Sequence record: OZ035790.1
Direction: 5' to 3' (one strand)
DNA: 64,000 bases
Origin: Felixounavirus LF110P4
Position 1 is the stretch's first letter, and each line of letters opens with the position of its first letter. A program made the position numbers and the translations under genes. This document shows positions 27,190-36,169 of the stretch, one piece after another. The notes under the pieces are model-generated. The model had not been told where the DNA came from. It saw nothing but the letters and a program-made list of their open reading frames with translations, and ran no database searches.

Positions 27190-27592
27190 AGATTTTTTAT
27201 AAGGCTACTGCCATCCTTCCATACCCTACCTTACCACACCTAACCATACCTAACCAAACTACACCATACAATACCTTATTAAAAGACCCTCTTAAAGACC
27301 TTTTAAAAAGGTAAGTCTCATTTTAATGTAGCTCCGATTAACTACCCACACCTTACCTCACCTGACCTGACCTGACCCTACCTAGCATTACCGTGCCACA
27401 CCTCACTTAAAAACCCTCTTAGAAGACTCTTAAGTGATGTAATCGGATTTTAATGTAGCTCCGATTAACTACCCGCACTTTACCAAACCTCACCCTACCC
27501 TACCAGACCTTACCTAACCGCGCCGTACCTCATTAAAAGACCCTCTTAAAGACCTTTTAAAAAGGAGCCTCCGAAGAGGCTACCTAGTCAAC
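27190..27592. repeat. composite non-coding repeat region A (NNACC pentamer tracts, conserved hairpins, 33-nt and 37-nt direct repeats)
   Basis: no ORF; exact 33-nt repeat at 27279-27311 and 27533-27565; 37-nt block 27403-27439 recurs at 28969-29005; pentamer tracts 27211-27276, 27344-27402, 27471-27531. Confidence 0.8.
27560..27587 (-). terminator. intrinsic terminator after the 27593 gene
   Basis: minus-strand agcctc-ttcg-gaggct hairpin followed by TTTTT. Confidence 0.6.
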
Positions 27593-28033
27593 TTAGAAAG
27601 GTTTTCTACGTTGCTTGTTAATGTTAGCTTTCATAGCAGCTAAATGGTTTTGCTGTTCAATTAGTCGTGAACGTTCTTGATGGCTAAGTACCATAGTGTT
27701 CACATTCTCAATCGCTTGAGTGGCTTGCTTTAAAGCACGACCAATCTTACCAGACATTTTACGTTTTGCAATAGTTGCTTGATGCTTAGGTTCAACCACA
27801 CGATAACCAACACCCATTGAAGCAACCAGATAAATCTTCTCTTCTTTAAGAAGCTTCTCAATAAACTTCTCAAGTCGATTTAAGCGTGTAAGCGCATAAG
27901 CCTTCATTTCATCTTCGTACTTAACAATGTCACCTTGATAAGTTGGCTTCACAATACCTAAGAAGGTGTCCATCTCAGAATGTGATACAGTGTCACCGTA
28001 ACTAAACTTTGCTGCTAATGCTTTTGTATTCAT
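27593..28033 (-). CDS. hypothetical protein (repeat-flanked cassette gene 2)
   Basis: 146 aa, basic C-terminus; start is 2 nt from upstream stop. Confidence 0.5.
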   Translation of the reverse strand: MNTKALAAKFSYGDTVSHSEMDTFLGIVKPTYQGDIVKYEDEMKAYALTRLNRLEKFIEKLLKEEKIYLVASMGVGYRVVEPKHQATIAKRKMSGKIGRALKQATQAIENVNTMVLSHQERSRLIEQQNHLAAMKANINKQRRKPF

Positions 28034-28035
28034 AA

Positions 28036-28641
<606 letters not shown>

Positions 28642-28654
28642 TTAGTTGATTGTT

Positions 28655-29005
28655 AAGTTGTTTGTAAAGAACCCTCAATAGAAGACTCTTTAGAAACTTG
28701 GTAGATTTTTAACGTGGCTACTACCATCCACCCACACTTTGCCATACCTCACCGCGCCTTACCCGACCTGGCTGCACCTTGCCTTGCCAAACATCACTTA
28801 AAAACCCTATGAGATACCCTATCGAGTATAATTTAAAGGCTCTTAAGTGATGTAAGTCTCATTTTAATGTAGCTGAGACTAACTACCCATACCCTACTTT
28901 ACCTTGCCGTACCGTACTTTACCCGACCACACCGGACAATACTTAACCCTACCTCACCCGACCGGACATCACTTAAAAACCCTCTTAGAAGACTCTTAAG
29001 TGATG
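28655..29005. repeat. composite non-coding repeat region B (NNACC pentamer tracts plus hairpins with 10-bp arms)
   Basis: hairpins with catcacttaa / ttaagtgatg arms at 28792-28852 and 28967-29005; stem-loop 28855-28880; pentamer tracts 28724-28790 and 28884-28966. Confidence 0.8.
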
Positions 29006-29035
29006 CTGGTGAGTACCCGTTGGTCTATGCTGTTC

Positions 29036-29063
29036 AGTATACTCACCAAATTTTCTATGTCAA
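29036..29063 (-). promoter_or_regulatory. sigma70-like promoter (TTGACA-16-TATACT) driving the repeat-containing leader and cassette
   Basis: minus-strand ttgaca (29063-29058) and tatact (29041-29036), immediately downstream of the ligase stop. Confidence 0.45.
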
Positions 29064-29069
29064 CAACTT

Positions 29070-30173
29070 TTATTCATAATCTCGTATAATGAGACCAACA
29101 GGGAACTGTAAAGAACCCTTACGAGTCATCTTCTGGAACTGAACCGTTAAAGGTTTCCCGATAAACTCTTCAGGATGCTCAGCAAGATACTGTTTCTTCT
29201 CATGAGTAGTCTTCCATGAGACATCTACAAAGACGTTAGGAAGAGTCTCTACAACGAACTTACCATGACCACGTTTATCAGTCTTTACACCAGTAACTTT
29301 AAACTCTTCAGTGTGCATCTTCTTGTGCTTAATCAAGAAGTATGAACGGTGGCCACACTCATAGAAAGATTCTTCAGAGATTGAACGGTACATTGCACCT
29401 TCAAACTTAGCTTCAACCCACTTATCATGAGCTTCATCAAATTCTTCCCAAGAATTTACACGACGAGACTTAACAGGAATAACTTTACAGCCATCTCTGA
29501 AGTCATTCAATGGTGAAGTCTCAATAATATCTCTACGCTCAGGCCACGTCTTAGTGCTGTCACAGATATCGTACCAGTAAAACTTGAGTAAATGTCGGTC
29601 AGGATTGTCTTCATTTTTAATCATGGAGACAATATCTTCTAAGTCCAACCCGTGAGCATAGATTTCACCATCAAATTCATCAACGTCTTTATGGAGCCTC
29701 AACATTGCCATAATGTCAGGTATTAGCTCAGTAGGAATTTTATAAATAGTGTTCTCACGAGAATATGCTGTAAATACGCTGCCAATACTTAAGTGTCTTG
29801 AAATTCTACAACGGACACCATCAAGTTTTGGTTGAGCATCAGCAGGGAACTTCAGATACTTTGCATGGCTAACCTTTGCAGCATCATGAGCAAGCTGTAC
29901 ACCTACCTTCTCAGTATTCTGTGCAGACTCTTTTGTGTAAGAATAACCTTTGCGGTCAACTTGCTTTTTATACTTAGCAGCAACTTCAAAGAGGGCTTGC
30001 TGTTCAGTGTTACGCTCATTCTTTTTACCGATGTTTTTAGGTTCTGCTGTATACTCTTCAAACATCATCTTGCCATTTTCTTTACCGTAGGTTGTAATAA
30101 CTTTGTCACCTACAGCAACGCATGACCAGACGTTGAAGGAACCGTCTTTATTTTGTTTGTACAGAATTGTCAT
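29070..30173 (-). CDS. ATP-dependent DNA ligase
   Basis: adenylation motif KLDGVR; ATG at 30173 with gaggt RBS (track ORF extends to 30209). Confidence 0.85.
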   Translation of the reverse strand: MTILYKQNKDGSFNVWSCVAVGDKVITTYGKENGKMMFEEYTAEPKNIGKKNERNTEQQALFEVAAKYKKQVDRKGYSYTKESAQNTEKVGVQLAHDAAKVSHAKYLKFPADAQPKLDGVRCRISRHLSIGSVFTAYSRENTIYKIPTELIPDIMAMLRLHKDVDEFDGEIYAHGLDLEDIVSMIKNEDNPDRHLLKFYWYDICDSTKTWPERRDIIETSPLNDFRDGCKVIPVKSRRVNSWEEFDEAHDKWVEAKFEGAMYRSISEESFYECGHRSYFLIKHKKMHTEEFKVTGVKTDKRGHGKFVVETLPNVFVDVSWKTTHEKKQYLAEHPEEFIGKPLTVQFQKMTRKGSLQFPVGLIIRDYE

Positions 30174-30366
30174 TTTTAACCTCTGAGTGATACCAAGTGT
30201 CACAAGCATTACATGCGTAAAGCTCTAAGTCGTTTTTATCTGGTTTATGGAAACAGTTTGACCCACAACGACACCGGAATAACTTACCATCAACACGAAG
30301 AATGAATGTTTCAAGCTCACCATCTTCTGTAAGAACTGCGTTCTTAAATTTATCTTCTACAGTCAT
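30148..30366 (-). CDS. small zinc-ribbon protein
   Basis: 72 aa with CRCGSNC ... CNACD cysteine pairs. Confidence 0.4.
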   Translation of the reverse strand: MTVEDKFKNAVLTEDGELETFILRVDGKLFRCRCGSNCFHKPDKNDLELYACNACDTWYHSEVKNDNSVQTK

Positions 30367-30569
30367 TTTCTCTTACCACCAATCTCTACGTCAATAACTT
30401 GAACATCACCAGCAACATCAAACTTATGAATGATGCTTTCCACAGTGTAAGTCCAACCATCAATGCGAACCAACTCACCTTCTCGTGGAACTATTGGATT
30501 ACGTTGAGCTACGGTTGTAGTGGAGTGAACAACATCATAACAGTAGATATAGTTTACTAGAACTTCCAT
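30363..30569 (-). CDS. hypothetical protein
   Basis: track ORF 30363..30668 trimmed to internal ATG to avoid 89-nt overlap with the lipoprotein gene. Confidence 0.35.
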   Translation of the reverse strand: MEVLVNYIYCYDVVHSTTTVAQRNPIVPREGELVRIDGWTYTVESIIHKFDVAGDVQVIDVEIGGKRK

Positions 30570-30579
30570 CTTGAGCACC

Positions 30580-30837
30580 TCACTCAATAACAGTAGTGTG
30601 TGATTGACCATTTTTGCCATAGCTATAAGATGTTGTTGTTTGAGAGTTTGGACACCTGACAACAACAATGTCTCTGCTTATGGCATCACCATGTAACTTA
30701 TAGACTCTGCAATCTTGCATCTCTGGTGGGAGGCTATAAGAAGCGTTTTTGTCCTCGTAAGAGGGATTACAGCCAGATAGAAAAATTACTCCAAGTGCAA
30801 CCATTGCTTTCACACAACTCTCAACCTTATTGTTCAC
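30580..30837 (-). CDS. small lipoprotein
   Basis: 85 aa; signal peptide with lipobox LSGC; GTG start preceded by gagagg RBS. Confidence 0.5.
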   Translation of the reverse strand: MNNKVESCVKAMVALGVIFLSGCNPSYEDKNASYSLPPEMQDCRVYKLHGDAISRDIVVVRCPNSQTTTSYSYGKNGQSHTTVIE

Positions 30838-30969
30838 GATAGTCTACCTCTCTGTATGTTTTTAAATAGTGAGTGATGAGTTCTGGTAATTCACTACGTT
30901 TAACGTTTGAACGAAGAAGTGTCCAGTCAAAACCTTTACCAACCCTTCCCCAGAGACTGTACATTTTCT

Positions 30970-31203
30970 TCATAGCAACTCCAGAATATCAATACGTTCA
31001 CCTTTGAGTACTCCAGTACGGTCTTTTGCAATCTTACCTTCAACAATAAGAATGTGTGCAGACCTTAAAGTGTCACTGTTAAAGGCTTTTACGAACTTGC
31101 TAGGCATCACTACAATACACATCTCCTGAATCAACTCTGGAGTATAGCAGTTGTCGTGAAGTTGCTGAATAACGTCTGCAAGTGTCATTTTTGATGTCTC
31201 CAA
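30970..31203 (-). CDS. hypothetical protein
   Basis: 77 aa ORF. Confidence 0.35.
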   Translation of the reverse strand: METSKMTLADVIQQLHDNCYTPELIQEMCIVVMPSKFVKAFNSDTLRSAHILIVEGKIAKDRTGVLKGERIDILELL

Positions 31204-31394
31204 TACTCAATGTCAATAAGTTCTTGTGCAATGCTTTTCAGATTACCTTTCAAGAAAACCTTCTCAGAACCTGAAAGAGATGAATTGTCAATTAACCTGT
31301 TCATTCTCTCAAACAACTTCTGCTTACGATTTTTGATAGTCTCCTTTGAAGCACCTTTCATCATCGCTGCATGGGTTCTTCCACGATGGCTCAT
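31185..31394 (-). CDS. hypothetical basic protein
   Basis: 69 aa ORF. Confidence 0.35.
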   Translation of the reverse strand: MSHRGRTHAAMMKGASKETIKNRKQKLFERMNRLIDNSSLSGSEKVFLKGNLKSIAQELIDIEYWRHQK

Positions 31395-31445
31395 AAGCCC
31401 TCCTATACAAGATACAGTATAAGGTACTCTTCCCTGAGCACCTTG

Positions 31446-31961
31446 TCAACTTAGTTTTGCAAACTCTCCGTGGAGTTTCACAGCAGCTTCACAGTAAGCT
31501 TTATGGGCTTCTTCTTCCGTTGTGTATGTCCCTATATGTATAGTCTTGCCATTATGGTTAATCTGGGCTATCCACTTACCAGACTTGCTTCTACTTGTGC
31601 CTTTTAAGTTTTTTGATGTTCTAGGTTGTCTCCTGTTAGACATGTTCTGTTCTTTTGTGGCCTCTCTTAGATTGTCCCAAGCATTATTCAAACCATCTCC
31701 ATCTTTGTGGTCAATATGTTTATCAGGCCACTTACCTGTCATCCAGAACCAAGCAATTCGGTGATTACCTGTCCTGTACCCTAAAATCTGTGTGTGCATA
31801 TACACACCAGACCTTGTGCGCTTAATTGCTCCAGCTTGGCTTCCAATAACCACCCTACTACTATGTGGAGGTCTGCCAATCCATGTTAAGACCCCTGTTT
31901 CGGGGTCATAATCTAACCAAGACTTTAACTGTTCATGTGTGAATCCACAATCTCTCATCAA
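31446..31961 (-). CDS. HNH homing endonuclease with AP2 DNA-binding domain
   Basis: HNH_3-like IDHKDGDGLNNAWDNLR plus AP2-like GTSRSKSGKWIAQINHNGKTIHIGTYTTEEEA; overlaps DNA polymerase gene by 4 nt. Confidence 0.8.
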   Translation of the reverse strand: MMRDCGFTHEQLKSWLDYDPETGVLTWIGRPPHSSRVVIGSQAGAIKRTRSGVYMHTQILGYRTGNHRIAWFWMTGKWPDKHIDHKDGDGLNNAWDNLREATKEQNMSNRRQPRTSKNLKGTSRSKSGKWIAQINHNGKTIHIGTYTTEEEAHKAYCEAAVKLHGEFAKLS

Positions 31962-34657
31962 TGCACCTCATACCAGCTCTTACCAACCTTACCTGTGCCA
32001 GTTACAAGTGTCTCACTCTTCAAACCTAAATTCTTAGATGCCTGACCATACATCCAGTCAGTTATGGCTTTAACTTCTTGAGTCATACTTTCTGGGCATT
32101 CCCAACTGTTTTCATCGTGGTATGCCAGCAAAAGCCTAGCACCAATTGCTGGTTTTCGTCCATTTAATTTTGTCAGTCCTTCTTCACATGCTCTTCTACA
32201 AGCAAGGTTAATTGCCTCATTTTGAATCTGAGCCTCCGAACCCATAAGCAAATAATTCAATAACTTATGTGGAGATTTGCACCACAACCAAGCTCCAGCA
32301 ACTTTTACAAAGCCCCCTTTAGAGATTGCAGCAGTCTTACCAAACACCTCTTCAAGTGCCTTTTTAGTTGCTTTGTAGTCAGCTTCCAAATCATCCAGCA
32401 ACTTCTTAATTTTAGGCAAACGGATAAAGTAAGTCTGCTTAGTCAGTGCACCTTCCTGAGTAGTTGCAGCTTTAATCGTCTTAGCAAACTTCTCATCACC
32501 TGCACCGAACAGCAGTGCATAGATACCGTTCTTAGCTTTCTTACGACCTTTGCTAATCTCATGAAGAAGGTTCTCATCCTGAGTAGCTCGACAAGTCAAG
32601 ATGTCCTGCTCATCGTTCAAGCTAAAGTAAATACTGTTCAGTGTATGTGCATCAGTCCCTGAATAGACAACGTACAGGTCATTCTCAGAGTCATAGCGAA
32701 GGTACTTATCAATCTCTGGGTTGAGGTACTCATCAAAGTGTTTGCAGTAATAGCGTCTATCTTCTTGACGAATAAACTCAATCTCTTCTTTACCTTGCGT
32801 TACCGCTTTGGTGAAGTCTTTGTCACCCATAAAGTTACAAAGGAGGACTAGCTGGGCTGAGTTCATGTCTACAGAGACAACGTTAGTACCTTCTTCACAA
32901 ATCCACACTGCCCTCATTGGTTCCCCATAGACAGCAGCACCAGACGGTACGTTTACAATACCGTACTGTGTCATACGTCCAGTTGAAGTACCAAACACCA
33001 TTGCACCAGCACTAAGGCGACCATCTGGACGAATCTGGTTCAACCAACCTTTTTCATCATCCTTTGAGTTCTCAATAGTTCTGCGTCGGTGCATCAAAGT
33101 GTAGTATTTAGCAATCTTCTGTCCAAGCTCACCTTCAATCGTATCGTAAGATGATTCAGTAAGTTTTGGTGAAGTACGGATTAAGCAAGGCTCAAGCAAA
33201 TCTGTGTACTTCTTCACAGACCAGTTATGCTCAATGTACTGGACGCCTTCGTGTTCAACATAACTCAAACCACACCGCTCAACCATTTCCTGCCACTTAG
33301 GATGCTTTGTAATCATCTTTTTATTGTCTTTGAAACGACAAACTTTGACAGGGCGACCATCAGAGTCTTTCTTGTAGTTCCAGTCATCTGGAATCCAACC
33401 AACTGATTTCAAGTAGTCTTTAACAACTGCTACCTGAGTCATACGAGAAACTTCAAACTCAATTGGTGTATATGGTGCATCAATCAAACCTGTGTAGCGA
33501 CTTGACTCAAGTTCAAAGTGGTTAACAACGTGGCTGTTATAGTACTTCACAGTTTTGACTGTTTTTACTGGCTTCCAGTCTTTGCATTTCTTACCAATCT
33601 TTGCGTTCAACTCATTGCAAATTGCACGAGCATCCTTCATTGCTACAAAGCCTTCCTTGTACTCTTCACCAGTTACAGTGTTGGTTGGTGTATAGCAATT
33701 CCTTTTTTCAATGTTAAAAATCTTTGTAGTTGGCTTACCAAATGGTTTGATTTCGTATGTCTGCATCTCGCCATTACGTACCTGCTGACGATACTTTGTC
33801 TTAGGGTACTTGGTAATTCTTTTCAGTCCATCTGCATGACCAAATGTTTCAACATACTCATTCCAAGCTTTTGCAAACTCTTCTCCAGTGACTTTACCTT
33901 TGGTCTTAATAGTTGGAGGTAGATGCGGTTCAACTTCTGAAGCAAGTTCATTAGTCAACTTGTCAAGTTCCTTTACATGGAACTCCATAAGCTCTTTATC
34001 AGCTTTCCAACCATTGATAGCCTGTTGACTCATCCAGAAAGATGTTTCTTTAGCTCGCATGTAAGTTTCATAAGTGTCTATACCACACTTCTTAAGCTTG
34101 AGATACTCGTTATCAAGTGCCCGTTTAGTTTTGGCGTTAATACGGATATCTTCTACAACACGAGTGAAGATTTCTGCATTCCACACACCCCAATGCTCAA
34201 TCTCTGGCTTACGAACACCAACACGAGCACCCCATGCAGCCAAACCATGAGCACCTTTATAACCCTTTGGAGTTGGTCTATCCATCCACTGAACACGAGA
34301 CTGGATAAGAGAATCCTGAAAGTAATTACTCCACGGTTTACACTTTGGGTTATCAAAGTTCCATAAATCAGGTGCAATGTGATTAAAAACCCACCAGTCA
34401 TAACCGAGACCGTTATGGATGCAAAGACGTTTTGCCTTTAACGCAAATTCAACACCTTCACGTAAACCACCCTTAATGTACTTGGTATACTTGTGACCGA
34501 GGATAGGTTCATCTGTAAAGACCCATACAGGTGGCTCTTCATCGTCAGATTTATAGTCTGCGAAAGCCATTACGTGCACTTTAGTGAACTCAAGGAGTAA
34601 ACCATCAGTTTCTGTATCACCAACTAAATGTAAGTTTTTAAAATCTACGTTTTCCAT
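31958..34657 (-). CDS. DNA polymerase, family A, with 3'-5' exonuclease domain
   Basis: ExoI DTETDG; motif A DMNSAQL; motif B KNGIYALLFGAG; motif C YHDE; ATG at 34657 with agagggag RBS (track ORF extends to 34687). Confidence 0.9.
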   Translation of the reverse strand: MENVDFKNLHLVGDTETDGLLLEFTKVHVMAFADYKSDDEEPPVWVFTDEPILGHKYTKYIKGGLREGVEFALKAKRLCIHNGLGYDWWVFNHIAPDLWNFDNPKCKPWSNYFQDSLIQSRVQWMDRPTPKGYKGAHGLAAWGARVGVRKPEIEHWGVWNAEIFTRVVEDIRINAKTKRALDNEYLKLKKCGIDTYETYMRAKETSFWMSQQAINGWKADKELMEFHVKELDKLTNELASEVEPHLPPTIKTKGKVTGEEFAKAWNEYVETFGHADGLKRITKYPKTKYRQQVRNGEMQTYEIKPFGKPTTKIFNIEKRNCYTPTNTVTGEEYKEGFVAMKDARAICNELNAKIGKKCKDWKPVKTVKTVKYYNSHVVNHFELESSRYTGLIDAPYTPIEFEVSRMTQVAVVKDYLKSVGWIPDDWNYKKDSDGRPVKVCRFKDNKKMITKHPKWQEMVERCGLSYVEHEGVQYIEHNWSVKKYTDLLEPCLIRTSPKLTESSYDTIEGELGQKIAKYYTLMHRRRTIENSKDDEKGWLNQIRPDGRLSAGAMVFGTSTGRMTQYGIVNVPSGAAVYGEPMRAVWICEEGTNVVSVDMNSAQLVLLCNFMGDKDFTKAVTQGKEEIEFIRQEDRRYYCKHFDEYLNPEIDKYLRYDSENDLYVVYSGTDAHTLNSIYFSLNDEQDILTCRATQDENLLHEISKGRKKAKNGIYALLFGAGDEKFAKTIKAATTQEGALTKQTYFIRLPKIKKLLDDLEADYKATKKALEEVFGKTAAISKGGFVKVAGAWLWCKSPHKLLNYLLMGSEAQIQNEAINLACRRACEEGLTKLNGRKPAIGARLLLAYHDENSWECPESMTQEVKAITDWMYGQASKNLGLKSETLVTGTGKVGKSWYEVH

Positions 34658-34687
34658 TTTTACTCCCTCTAAAATCATTAACCTCAT

Positions 34688-34914
34688 ACATTACTGCAAA
34701 AAATTATAAAAAGCAAGTTGACAATGCACTTGACAAGGTGTTAATCTTTGCGAAGTGGGTTTTTACTTAAAAGGTTACTTAACAGTTTAACTATACAGAT
34801 ACTTTAAAACTCTTAAAAGATTATTTAATAGCTTTTAAAAAGCTTTAAAGTATAACGTATAGAATACGTTAAGATAAAAGATTAAAACTTAATAGTTACT
34901 TAAAAGAGGCTTAC
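34688..34914. promoter_or_regulatory. divergent control region between leftward and rightward gene blocks
   Basis: TTGACA boxes at 34718 and 34730 (+), minus-strand TATAAT at 34703-34708, repeated cttaaaag motifs, palindrome aacgtat-aga-atacgtt at ~34853-34869. Confidence 0.5.
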
Positions 34915-35337
34915 ATGCAGAAAATGTTTGTTCACCCAGACATAGCTGACTTTGTTAGAGCTTTGCAGAAGTTGGAAGAACTTGACATTGCTGCTCAACG
35001 GGAATATGCTCACCATCACAGGAGAATGGTTGATATACAACATGAAATAGAGTTGTCTGAAAACTATGAAGATGACTTAAAATGCTCTGTATTTGAGCAT
35101 ATGAAAGATGTTGCTACAGCAAGACGTAAAGCTAAAGACACAGTTGCTTTACTAGATTCTCTTAAAAAGAGGTTGCAAAGTGGTACAGACCTGTGTAATC
35201 TAGCGTCACTGATTAACGATGTTGAAACTTCTTGGGATAGGCACTATTATCCACGTTCTGAAAAGACACTTGACTTTTCTTCATCAGAAAACTTAAAATG
35301 TTCTAGAAAGAAACTTAACCAACTGAGAGAGAAATAA
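34915..35337 (+). CDS. hypothetical protein
   Basis: 140 aa ORF, first gene of rightward block. Confidence 0.4.
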   Translation: MQKMFVHPDIADFVRALQKLEELDIAAQREYAHHHRRMVDIQHEIELSENYEDDLKCSVFEHMKDVATARRKAKDTVALLDSLKKRLQSGTDLCNLASLINDVETSWDRHYYPRSEKTLDFSSSENLKCSRKKLNQLREK

Positions 35338-35338
35338 T

Positions 35339-36151
35339 ATGAATATCAATGTGGAACAGATGCTTGAAGAGAAAGGTGTTGATGAAGCATTCTTAATCAA
35401 TGCCGTAGAAAGCATGGCTATGATTCTTCGTGGAAATAACTACACAGAACAGTTTATGCCTGCAAGCTACAACTTACCTGAAGACAAGTCTGATAGTAGT
35501 GCTTTTGCAGAGCAGGTTAATATGATGCTGTGTGACAAAACGCTTGCTTTAGCATCTATCGTTGTAGGTGTCGATGCTCTTGCAGAGTTCATTTTTTATG
35601 AGATGCAGAAAAATGACTATATTGCCATGACATCTGAAGAAAAAGACTCGCTGCTGCTCTTAGATAATGATGAGCTAGTTGGCCTGTTAATTTCTTCAAC
35701 GAGTGCTGTTATGGCTGCTCTTGAGAAGCGTATGAATGAGAAGTTGTCACGGTATGAAAAACTTGATTGGGGCGTAGAAGAATTAAACCCACGAATCAAA
35801 GAGATTATCCAGCAAACCAAAGCTTCTTTGGAAGAAGCTGTGAAAGATGATTATGTAGCTGGCATAGAACCACTACAGGTGAAAGTTGCATTGATGATGC
35901 CAGCTATCTCTACGATGATGAATATCGTTGCATTAATCCAGCTTTCACAGATGATGGGTACAACCATCGAGTTCATTGAGAGTATGACTGGTGGTGTCAG
36001 TATGCAAGCAATCAATGATGTTTTGGTGAGCATTGGAGCTTCAATCATTGAAGAGAAACTGCGCATTAACTTTGGTGACGATTTTGTGAAGCAAATCGCA
36101 GCTATGGCTGAAAAAGAACACTCACAGATTACCACTGAACAACTGCACTGA
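35339..36151 (+). CDS. hypothetical protein
   Basis: 270 aa ORF, coupled to upstream gene. Confidence 0.4.
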   Translation: MNINVEQMLEEKGVDEAFLINAVESMAMILRGNNYTEQFMPASYNLPEDKSDSSAFAEQVNMMLCDKTLALASIVVGVDALAEFIFYEMQKNDYIAMTSEEKDSLLLLDNDELVGLLISSTSAVMAALEKRMNEKLSRYEKLDWGVEELNPRIKEIIQQTKASLEEAVKDDYVAGIEPLQVKVALMMPAISTMMNIVALIQLSQMMGTTIEFIESMTGGVSMQAINDVLVSIGASIIEEKLRINFGDDFVKQIAAMAEKEHSQITTEQLH

Positions 36152-36169
36152 GTTTTTATAAATATTACA

